A stretch of DNA of 61,102 nucleotides from Candidatus Yanofskybacteria bacterium RIFCSPHIGHO2_01_FULL_43_32 (GTDB lineage: Bacteria; Patescibacteriota; Minisyncoccia; 2-02-FULL-40-12; GWA2-44-9): contig MGJF01000004.1 in NCBI GenBank assembly GCA_001794125.1, forward strand, positions 1 through 61,102. Reading direction: 5' to 3'. The notes under the pieces were generated by a model that saw only the letters and a list, made by a program, of their open reading frames with translations, ran no database searches and was not told where the DNA came from. Position 1 is the stretch's first letter. Every line of letters begins with the position of its first letter. This document shows positions 1 through 8,129 of the stretch, piece after piece. The translations under genes and the position numbers were made by a program.

Positions 1-63
1 AAGTGAAATCCCTTAAGGCCCATGATAGTCGGTTTCCACCGGCGAAAGTAGGTAGCTGCCCTA

Positions 64-90
64 CAATGCTCATGAATGTGCTCGTTTTTA
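64..90. repeat. 27-bp direct repeat copy 1 (pairs with 431-457)
   Basis: caatgctcatgaatgtgctcgttttta vs caatgttcatgaatatgctcattttta, 3 mismatches. Confidence 0.8.
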
Positions 91-139
91 ATTTTATAAA
101 ATAAAAAAGCAACCGTTGGGTTGCTCTGTGAACCTGAGA

Positions 140-376
140 TTAACAAACTGGACTGAAGCAAATTCCAATATTTCCTTGGGCAACTATATAATGGTCATCC
201 TTATCGTACAAATAAGCCTTACCATCTTCCATTTGACCAGGGATACGCTTGGGAAGTTGTTCCCTGAGTGCTTTTATGAACTGTTCATCGGTGGGATGGT
301 TAGGAATTAATTCATATACCATGAAACATTCATAATGAGCATTGAAGTCTGTAATCGCATGTTCCATTATGGTCAT
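140..376 (-). CDS. small hypothetical protein (78 aa)
   Basis: ORF with GGAG upstream of ATG, TTGACA-N17-TAATTT-like promoter (~404-430, minus strand) and downstream GCAACC/GGTTGC hairpin plus T-run; no recognisable family. Confidence 0.5.
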   Translation of the reverse strand: MTIMEHAITDFNAHYECFMVYELIPNHPTDEQFIKALREQLPKRIPGQMEDGKAYLYDKDDHYIVAQGNIGICFSPVC

Positions 377-430
377 GGGCGACTCCGTCTAAAAAACTTG
401 TTTAAAATTAACACATGTTTTATATAGTGT

Positions 431-457
431 CAATGTTCATGAATATGCTCATTTTTA
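431..457. repeat. 27-bp direct repeat copy 2
   Basis: near-identical to 64-90; quasi-palindromic core ATGTTCATGAATAT. Confidence 0.8.
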
Positions 458-463
458 GTTATC

Positions 464-588
464 CCCGCCGTTGAGAATAGATACAACAAGACCACGACCT
501 TCGACAATGGCAAATATTGTATAGGATTTATGGTTTTATTTGAATACTTATAAGTGCTCCTTTGGAGCCGTCTATTCTCAACGGCGGG
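464..588. mobile_element. 125-bp MITE-like element with CCCGCCGTTG terminal inverted repeats and GTTATC target duplication
   Basis: 19-bp perfect IR (463-481 / 571-589); GTTATC directly repeated at 458-463 and 589-594; same termini as 56596-56891. Confidence 0.75.
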
Positions 589-725
589 GTTATCCACTTG
601 CCCGTATTAAAGTTAAAATGATACTAAGGATATATATTTACAAAACGGGGCTTTTTAAAAAGGTGGTATGGCGTCCCTTCCCAGGGACGCTTTTTTATTT
701 TGCCAATAAATCATATACTGTCTGT

Positions 726-1511
726 ATGGAAGCGAGGACTCAAAAACAGCTAATAGCGGGACTTATATTTATTTTAATATTGAGCGGAATCGGCTACGGT
801 ATCTATTCAATATTGGCGCCGAAAATTTCCTGCACGGATAGGATAAAGAACGGCAAAGAAGAGGGGGTTGATTGCGGTATTTTAGCCTGCGGCAAAGCAT
901 GTGAACCGGCGATAATGCCGATAAATATAATTTCAAGCCAGTTTTTCCAGATCGGGCCCGGCGACTATGATTTTGTGACGCAGCTTTCTAATCCCAATGT
1001 TTCTTACGGCGCTTCCCGGCTGGAATATAGCCTGGGTTCAATTTCAGGCTCATCTTATATTCTGCCCGGTCAGACAAAATGGTTAGTTCTTACCGCCTTG
1101 AAAATTCCCGACGGAATTCAGGATGTTCAGCTTGTAATTAAAAATGCTCAATGGGAAAAATTAGATATGCCGGACAACACGGTGAACCTTACAATAAGAA
1201 GAAAGGATTATCACTCTGTTCAGAAGGGCACGCAGTTGGATGCGGTTCTTTACAACGATTCCAATTTTGATTTTGACAAAATAGACGTAGCGGTTATATT
1301 ATTCGACGATACGGGGAGTATTGTCGGAGTGAACAGAACGGATATCAGGACATTTCTTGCCAGGTCGGAAAGAGGGTTCAATGTTGTCTGGCCGTTTGTC
1401 CTACCGGGGCCCGCCGTGAGACAGGATGTGGAAGCATCAACCAATCTGTTCGAAAATTCTAATTTTATAAAAAGCTATGGCTCTCAAGAAAAGTTTCAGA
1501 AATTCTATTAG
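726..1511 (+). CDS. membrane-anchored hypothetical protein with Cys-rich motif (CTDRIKNGKEEGVDCG)
   Basis: N-terminal TM helix follows Met at 726; the ORF extension to 540 runs through the MITE and is probably spurious. Confidence 0.75.
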   Translation: MEARTQKQLIAGLIFILILSGIGYGIYSILAPKISCTDRIKNGKEEGVDCGILACGKACEPAIMPINIISSQFFQIGPGDYDFVTQLSNPNVSYGASRLEYSLGSISGSSYILPGQTKWLVLTALKIPDGIQDVQLVIKNAQWEKLDMPDNTVNLTIRRKDYHSVQKGTQLDAVLYNDSNFDFDKIDVAVILFDDTGSIVGVNRTDIRTFLARSERGFNVVWPFVLPGPAVRQDVEASTNLFENSNFIKSYGSQEKFQKFY

Positions 1512-2610
1512 ACAAGGGCTGACGAAAAAACATCTTATAAGAGCCCTCTTTAAGGAAATTGACCTTCCTTTGTTTGCCGCGGTAGCGGCTGTTTCTTTGT
1601 TCAGTGTTCTGAATATGTACGGCATTAACGGATTCGGACCGCTTTTCAAGAAACAGATAATTTTTGTGGCTATAGGAATGGCGGTGATGATATCGTTTTC
1701 TTTTTTTAATTACCGTTATTTGAAAAACTATTCCTTTCCTGTTCTGTTCTTTTATTTTGTGTCGATTATTCTTCTGCTTTTAACTTTTTATTCCCGTTCG
1801 GTCAGGGGGGTAAATGCCTGGATAGTTCTCGGTCAATTCACTTTTGAGCCGGCTGAATTGGCGAAGCTGATGCTTATCGTCCTTATGGCAAAATATTTTT
1901 CCCAGAGGCATGTTCACATCAATCAATTCAGGCATGTGTTGGTTGCCGGTATTTATTATGGTATCCCTGTTTTAATAATTTTGGCTCAGCCCGACCTGGG
2001 TTCGGCCATAATTTTTTCTTTAATATGGATAAGCATTCTTGCCGCTGTAGGCATCAACAAGAAACACTTTTTTCTTTTGGTCATTTTGGCCGTGATTGTT
2101 TCTTACAGTTCGTGGATTTTTGTTTTAAAGCCATATCAGAAAGACAGACTCCTCACTTTTGTGAATCCCGGTGGTGATCCAAGAGGAAGCGGATATAATT
2201 TGATTCAATCCAAAATTGCCATCGGTTCCGGCTACTGGTTCGGAAACGGCTTGGGGAAGGGTTCACAAACAACATTGGGATTTTTACCGGAATCCCACAA
2301 TGACTTTGTTTTTGCCGCCACAGCCGAGCAATTCGGTTTTGTCGGAGCTGGTTTGGTGGTAGCTGCGATTTTATTTATTGTGTATAGAATATTGAGCGTA
2401 GGAAGGGCGGTTGTTTCTAATTTCGGTAAAATATTTTCAATCGGAATGGCGGTATTTATTTTTGCCCACGCCCTCATTGGCGCTTCCGTGAATATCGGTC
2501 TGATGCCGGTGACGGGAATTCCATTTCCGTTTCTAAGTTACGGAGGAAGCTACCTCATTTCTATTATGAGCGGGTTGGGTATTTTGCAGAGTATTAAAAG
2601 GTATGGATAG
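1477..2610 (+). CDS. rodA: rod shape-determining SEDS protein (RodA/FtsW family)
   Basis: multi-TM; motifs FEPAELAK, QPDLGSA, GYNLIQSKIAIGSG, LPESHNDF, PFLSYGGS; exact start uncertain. Confidence 0.9.
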   Translation: MALKKSFRNSIRQGLTKKHLIRALFKEIDLPLFAAVAAVSLFSVLNMYGINGFGPLFKKQIIFVAIGMAVMISFSFFNYRYLKNYSFPVLFFYFVSIILLLLTFYSRSVRGVNAWIVLGQFTFEPAELAKLMLIVLMAKYFSQRHVHINQFRHVLVAGIYYGIPVLIILAQPDLGSAIIFSLIWISILAAVGINKKHFFLLVILAVIVSYSSWIFVLKPYQKDRLLTFVNPGGDPRGSGYNLIQSKIAIGSGYWFGNGLGKGSQTTLGFLPESHNDFVFAATAEQFGFVGAGLVVAAILFIVYRILSVGRAVVSNFGKIFSIGMAVFIFAHALIGASVNIGLMPVTGIPFPFLSYGGSYLISIMSGLGILQSIKRYG

Positions 2611-2625
2611 TCGCTCCCGCCATCT

Positions 2626-2771
2626 GAATAGTTCACATAACCTCCATGCATGACTGCGGGGTGCACTTTTTTAAAATATTACTAATTTTAAAAAAGCACA
2701 CGCCCTCCGCCGGTTGCTTAGTATGCAGCTTACACTTGGCAATAAAGGGTCAAACTATTCTGAAATAAAGT
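2626..2771 (+). repeat. long-hairpin element E, copy 1
   Basis: gaatagttcac-a-aacc...AT-rich-loop hairpin...ccggttg...tggcaat...caaact; 6 copies in window. Confidence 0.85.
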
Positions 2772-2825
2772 GCTATCTGAGCTGTTGATTTTATGAGGAA
2801 ATGGTGGAATAATCAAAAACATTAA

Positions 2826-3227
2826 ATGACGATAAACCCCATTGCACAAGCGATTGTTGATTGGACGAGGCTCAAAATAAAGCTTCATTTTTCAGACCGT
2901 GTTATCTATTTTAAGGAAAAACAAATTTGGTGGATAGCTATCGGACAGAATATTGGAGATGAACAGAATGGAAAGAATTCTAACTTTGAAAGGCCAGTTC
3001 TGGTACTAAAGAAATTTAACATGAATATGTTTTTGGGTGTCCCTATTTCTACTAAGATTAAAGACGACCAATATAAACATATCTTTACCAATAATGGCAC
3101 TCAATTCTCCGCAAATTTATCTCAAATTCGAGTTTTTAGTAGCAAAAGACTTTTACGCAAAGTTGGAGTTATGGAAAATTCTGATTTTGAACAAGTGAAA
3201 GAGGTGCTTAATAGTGGGATAAAATAA
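2826..3227 (+). CDS. PemK/MazF-family endoribonuclease toxin (orphan)
   Basis: IWWIAIGQNIGDEQNGK...RPVLVLKK...GVPIST...QIRVFSSKRL, typical PemK-like motifs; no adjacent antitoxin ORF. Confidence 0.85.
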   Translation: MTINPIAQAIVDWTRLKIKLHFSDRVIYFKEKQIWWIAIGQNIGDEQNGKNSNFERPVLVLKKFNMNMFLGVPISTKIKDDQYKHIFTNNGTQFSANLSQIRVFSSKRLLRKVGVMENSDFEQVKEVLNSGIK

Positions 3228-3279
3228 CGGCTCCCCCTTGCGGGGGAGCCTCGGAACCCTATTTCCAGGGTCAAAATGT
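3221..3279 (-). ncRNA. candidate small RNA convergent on pemK-like gene
   Basis: minus-strand TTGACT(3310-3315)-N18-TATACT(3286-3291) promoter, 5-bp hairpin, then GGCTCCCCC-GCAA-GGGGGAGCC hairpin plus T-rich tail. Confidence 0.55.
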
Positions 3280-3417
3280 ATTTAGAGTATAGCATGTCAA
3301 GCGGTCGGTAGTCAATAGTTATCAACAATTCGTCAAAGTGACATAAAAGCAATGGGACTACGATTTTGACTCTGCCCATCTTTAGATATATAATCATGAA
3401 AAAGATTTAACGTTTTT

Positions 3418-4104
3418 ATGAAATTAAATATTAAAGAACTACTCGATTTTCTTGATGATAAGAAAGATTCCCAAATGGGTGATGCCAATGCCATAATTGC
3501 TGTTCTCGGTGAGGATTTAAACGCTTCTGCATATAAACATTTTAGAGGAGGTAAGGTAGAAATTCTTAATGATTCAGTTCTTCCCGGTACTAATAAGGGT
3601 AAAAGATTAGATCGATGGATATTAGATAAGACTAATAATAATTTATTTCAATGTGAGATTAAGAATTGGGCAGCAACCGCCATTGGAGGTAAGTCATTGA
3701 AATCTGATGCAAGTATTGAAGAAACTAAAAAGATTGTTGAATATTACTGGAAACGCGAATTAAATAACAACCTTTCAAGCAAGGGGGAACACCCAAATGG
3801 TGTTACCAAGGTATTGCTTAAAATGAAACTACCTGACAAGCACAGTAAAATAAAGGTTCAACCGCTACTTATCTATTGGATGCCAATTTCTTCAGATATA
3901 GACGGGTTACATCCATTATCTGTTGTTTCTGTAAAATCACTTCATTTACCAATGGTGACTGAATTTTCAAAACTTTATGTTTTTTCTGTGTCCCTATACC
4001 TTCGCCAGTTGTATAAAAACGGGAAGGGGCAAAAACTTATTGACATAGACACACCACATTTTGAACATAGAATTAAAATATTAAATAAATTGGGGGATAA
4101 ATAA
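3418..4104 (+). CDS. putative PD-(D/E)XK nuclease-like protein
   Basis: RLDRWI...FQCEIKNW resembles the D...E-x-K catalytic motif; own TTGACT-N17-TATAAT promoter. Confidence 0.5.
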   Translation: MKLNIKELLDFLDDKKDSQMGDANAIIAVLGEDLNASAYKHFRGGKVEILNDSVLPGTNKGKRLDRWILDKTNNNLFQCEIKNWAATAIGGKSLKSDASIEETKKIVEYYWKRELNNNLSSKGEHPNGVTKVLLKMKLPDKHSKIKVQPLLIYWMPISSDIDGLHPLSVVSVKSLHLPMVTEFSKLYVFSVSLYLRQLYKNGKGQKLIDIDTPHFEHRIKILNKLGDK

Positions 4105-4105
4105 A

Positions 4106-4330
4106 AGCGAAGCCCCCACTCCTTTAGGCGATATTGCTTGAGTAGATACAAACAAACGAACATTTATAAAGTTTTCAGGAATAATAAAAATTTAGCCGGA
4201 AAATCCCCTTAGGGAGGAACGGATGCTAGAATTTTTATCCTGAAAACAAAAAAATGGAGTATTGTTTGTCTATTGAGAGCAGCCGAAGGCAATACAGAGT
4301 ATGCGCTTAAAGGGGTGAGGGCGGAGCGAC
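4106..4330. repeat. ~220-bp imperfect long hairpin (MITE-like or structured RNA)
   Basis: nested complementary segments: cccccactcctttaggcg/cgcttaaaggggtgaggg, tagatacaaacaa/ttgtttgtcta, gttttcagga/tcctgaaaac. Confidence 0.65.
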
Positions 4331-4340
4331 TAATACAACA

Positions 4341-4607
4341 ATGAACCTAATCATAAATTTTACAGAAAAGAGAGGAGAGGTGGAACTAAAACTCCAGGAA
4401 GACAAAAGGTTGATAGACACCTTGACTTTTGAGTTTGAGGCTAACTTGGACTCGGTGTTGATAGTGGCTGTTGACAAAATTTTAAAAAGGAATAGAATAG
4501 ATACATCGTCTTTAAAAACAGTAAAGGCCATCGGAAGGGTTGATAAGGGAAGTTCCGCTTACAAAATAGTCCAGACCTTTATAGAGGCCATAAAAGCAAG
4601 CAAGTAA
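4341..4607 (+). CDS. short TsaB-like protein
   Basis: 88 aa; LIVAVDKILKRNRID..LKTVKAIG..SSAYKI resembles the TsaB N-terminal half. Confidence 0.5.
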   Translation: MNLIINFTEKRGEVELKLQEDKRLIDTLTFEFEANLDSVLIVAVDKILKRNRIDTSSLKTVKAIGRVDKGSSAYKIVQTFIEAIKASK

Positions 4608-4968
4608 GCCATTATTGCAGGTTCTTAAATGCTCATAAGTCCGCCGGTCGGCGGTGTGAATATTTAAGAATCTAACAATTTGCCCCCAATTGTTTTGTCC
4701 AGAATCAATCGAATAATTTAATATAAAGAATCCGTCAAGCACGACAGGAGAGAGCGTGTTTGTTAAGTTTTTGTCCAAGAGCGAAAGCGATTGGAAACAA
4801 AAAGTTAACCCAGCCCCACTTTTCATAATTAAACATACTGGTCATCGTATGGCATGGTACATGCGTTACGGTTGCTTGTGGAGTTTGAAAATTAAAAGTG
4901 GAGCTGGGTGACAATTTTCTAACAACTCAGCGTCGCAGAAACTGCTTGCCTCGTTGAGAAAATAAGTC

Positions 4969-7900
4969 ATGCGTAAAATCTTCTCAAAATTTGGCATCGA
5001 CCAATTTGAAGCCCCAAATTTGGTGCAGGTCCAATTGGATTCGTATAAGTGGTTTTTGGATACCGGCTTAAGGGAGTTGTTGAAGGAAGTTTCTCCAACC
5101 GAGGACTGGACCGGCAAAGAACTTGAACTGCGATTTTTGGATTACAAACTGGACGAGCCCAAATACAAAGAAAGAACGGCGATAGAAAAAAATATCACCT
5201 ACGAAGCGCCCCTAAAGGTCAAAGTGGGATTAAGAAACAAGAGAACCGACCAGTATAAAGAGCAAGAATTGTTCCTTTCGGATTTTCCCCTCATGACTCC
5301 GAGAGGAACTTTTATTATTAACGGAGTGGAAAGGGTTGTCATTTCCCAGCTTATCCGCAGCCCCGGCGTTTTCTTCTCGATGTCCCGATCTTCAAGATTA
5401 AAAAGATTTTTCGGGGCGAAACTCATTCCTTCCCGCGGCGCCTGGCTGGAATTCGAAACCGAATACAATGGAGTCATCTCCTGCAGGATAGACAGAAAAA
5501 GAAAAGTTCCCGCGACGGCTTTGTTGAGGGCTTTTGGCATAACCAAAGACGAGGAAATAAAAAAACTTTTTGAAGATGTTGACACCGATCCCAATGTTAA
5601 ATACATCTTAGCCACAATATTGGCAGATCCTTCTTCAAATGAAGAGGAAGGATTGATAGAACTCTATAAAAGAATCCGCCCGGGAGATCCGGCTACTCCC
5701 GACAATGCCCGGCAGATGGTCCATAATTTATTCTTCAATGCTTCCCGGTACGATCTTTCCAAGGTCGGCCGCTTCAGAATGAACAAGAGATTTAACGAAG
5801 AACTTGCTTTGGATAAGACCGAAAACAGAATCCTTCGCAAAGAAGACATAGTTTTAATATTAAGAGAGATAATTAATCTCAACAACAATCCGTCATCGGT
5901 GCCGGACAACATAGACCATTTGGGCAATCGAAGGGTTAAGACGCTCGGCGAACTTTTACAGGACAGATTGAGGATTGCTTTTGCCCGAATGGAAAGAATA
6001 ACCAAAGACAGAATGTCCACCTCGGACATCGCGACCATTCTTCCTTCCCAGCTTATAAACGCCAGACCCTTTGTTGCCGCCCTGAAAGAGTTCTTCGCTT
6101 CCGGTCAGTTGTCCCAATTCATGGACCAGCATAATCCTTTATCCGAGCTGGAACACAAGAGAAGGTTATCCGCTCTCGGCCCCGGAGGTTTAACCAGAGA
6201 AAGAGCGAGTTTTGAAGTTCGAGACGTTCACCCTTCCCACTACGGAAGGATTTGTCCCATCGCCACTCCGGAAGGTCCGAACATCGGTCTGGTCGGACAC
6301 CTGTCTTTATATGCCAAGATATCGGATCTCGGTTTTATTCTTACTCCTTACAGAAAGGTAATCAAAGGAAAGGTTACCGATGAACTTGTTTATATGGACG
6401 CGGTTGAAGAGGAAAGATATATCATTGCCTCGGCGGGAGCCGAAGTAGACAAGAATAACCAATTGGCCGGCGACGAGATAGTCGGACGTATTCACGGCGA
6501 GCCGGGAACCGCCGAACCAAAAGACGTTCAGTATATGGACATTTCTCCAAGGCAAATGTTCTCGGTCTCGACTTCTCTGATACCGTTTTTGGAACACGAT
6601 GACGCTAACCGCGCTCTGATGGGTTCCAACATGCAAAGACAGGCTGTGCCTCTTATCCAGCCCGAATCTCCTTATGTCGGAACCGGTCTTGAAGGCAAAG
6701 TGGCTAAAGATTCGGGAATGGTTGTGGTCGCCAATGAAGCGGGAACCATTACGGCCGCGGACGCTTCTCGTATTGTTTTGGAAACCGAAAAAGGAAAAGA
6801 ATACGAACATAAACTTTTGAAATTCGCCCGTTCCAACGCTTTTACCTGTTTGAATCAGAGAGTTTTGGTCAAAAAAGGCGATAAGGTAAAGAAGGGCCAG
6901 GCCTTGGCCGACGGGCCGTCGACTCAAGACGGAGAGATTGCCTTAGGCAAAAACCTCGTTGTGGCCTACATGTCTTATGAGGGATGCAATTTCCAGGATG
7001 CTATCGTCATCTCGGAACGGCTCGTAAAAGAAGATGTTTTCTCGTCCATCCATATAGAAGATTATTCGACAGACGTCAGAGAGACCAAGCTTGGTCCGGA
7101 ACTGACCACATATGACATTCCCAATGTCGCCATGGAAAGACTGAATGACCTTGATCCGGACGGAATCGTAAGAGTCGGAGCCGAAGTCCGTTCCCAGGAT
7201 ATTCTCGTCGGTAAAATTTCTCCGAAAGGCGAAAGCGATCTTACTGCTGAAGAAAGATTATTGAGAGCGATATTCGGAGATAAATCCAGAGATGTTAAGG
7301 ACTCTTCATTGCGATTGGATTACGGCAAACAGGGACGCGTCGTGGACGTTAAGGTTTTTTCAAGAGAAGAGGGAGACAAGCTGGATGTCGGGGTAATTAA
7401 GAAAATCCAGGTTTCAGTCGCTCAATTAAGAAAAGCCCAGGTCGGAGACAAGTTAGCCGGAAGACACGGCAACAAGGGCGTTATTTCAACAATTCTGCCC
7501 GAAGAAGATATGCCGTTCCTGGAAGACGGAACTCCTGTGGACATTATTTTAAGTCCTTTGGGCATTATTTCCCGTATGAATATCGGACAGGTTCTTGAAT
7601 CCCATCTTGGTATTGCCGCCAAAAAGCTCGGCTACAAAGCCGCCACCCCAGCCATGGCCGGTCCGACCGAAGAAACAATTAAAGAAGAACTTGAGAAAGC
7701 CGGATATCCGGTGGACGGCAAGATGCAATTATACGACGGAAAGACTGGAAAGGCCTACGATGCCAAATGTCATGTCGGAGTAACCTATTTTATGAAACTG
7801 ATTCACATGGTTGAAGACAAGCTTCATATGCGTTCAATCGGGCCTTACTCATTGATTACTCAACAACCCTTGGGGGGTAAGGCGCAGTTCGGAGGACAGA

Positions 7901-8124
7901 GGTTTGGAGAAATGGAAGTGTGGGCTCTTGAAGGTTACGGCGCCGCCCACACGCTGCAAGAAATGCTGACCATTAAATCCGACGATGTTTTGGGGCGCGC
8001 GAAGACATACGAATCGATAGTCAACGGGGAAGAAATAAGAGCGCCCCATTTGCCGGAATCGTTCAAGGTTTTGTTGTCTGAAATCAAGGGATTAGGATTA
8101 AACGTTGAATTAATAGAGAGGTAA
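4969..8124 (+). CDS. rpoB: DNA-directed RNA polymerase subunit beta
   Basis: GDKLAGRHGNKG, GGKAQFGGQRFGEMEVWALE and other conserved motifs. Confidence 0.99.
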   Translation: MRKIFSKFGIDQFEAPNLVQVQLDSYKWFLDTGLRELLKEVSPTEDWTGKELELRFLDYKLDEPKYKERTAIEKNITYEAPLKVKVGLRNKRTDQYKEQELFLSDFPLMTPRGTFIINGVERVVISQLIRSPGVFFSMSRSSRLKRFFGAKLIPSRGAWLEFETEYNGVISCRIDRKRKVPATALLRAFGITKDEEIKKLFEDVDTDPNVKYILATILADPSSNEEEGLIELYKRIRPGDPATPDNARQMVHNLFFNASRYDLSKVGRFRMNKRFNEELALDKTENRILRKEDIVLILREIINLNNNPSSVPDNIDHLGNRRVKTLGELLQDRLRIAFARMERITKDRMSTSDIATILPSQLINARPFVAALKEFFASGQLSQFMDQHNPLSELEHKRRLSALGPGGLTRERASFEVRDVHPSHYGRICPIATPEGPNIGLVGHLSLYAKISDLGFILTPYRKVIKGKVTDELVYMDAVEEERYIIASAGAEVDKNNQLAGDEIVGRIHGEPGTAEPKDVQYMDISPRQMFSVSTSLIPFLEHDDANRALMGSNMQRQAVPLIQPESPYVGTGLEGKVAKDSGMVVVANEAGTITAADASRIVLETEKGKEYEHKLLKFARSNAFTCLNQRVLVKKGDKVKKGQALADGPSTQDGEIALGKNLVVAYMSYEGCNFQDAIVISERLVKEDVFSSIHIEDYSTDVRETKLGPELTTYDIPNVAMERLNDLDPDGIVRVGAEVRSQDILVGKISPKGESDLTAEERLLRAIFGDKSRDVKDSSLRLDYGKQGRVVDVKVFSREEGDKLDVGVIKKIQVSVAQLRKAQVGDKLAGRHGNKGVISTILPEEDMPFLEDGTPVDIILSPLGIISRMNIGQVLESHLGIAAKKLGYKAATPAMAGPTEETIKEELEKAGYPVDGKMQLYDGKTGKAYDAKCHVGVTYFMKLIHMVEDKLHMRSIGPYSLITQQPLGGKAQFGGQRFGEMEVWALEGYGAAHTLQEMLTIKSDDVLGRAKTYESIVNGEEIRAPHLPESFKVLLSEIKGLGLNVELIER

Positions 8125-8129
8125 ACTAT

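Noticed and set aside
1-62. Structured-looking sequence (gtagg/cctac hairpin) at the window edge, possibly the end of an RNA gene
   Set aside because: Truncated; no diagnostic RNase P, tmRNA or SRP motif visible
540-725. N-terminal extension of the 323-aa ORF
   Set aside because: Runs through the MITE end and promoter-like DNA; the TM anchor begins after Met 726
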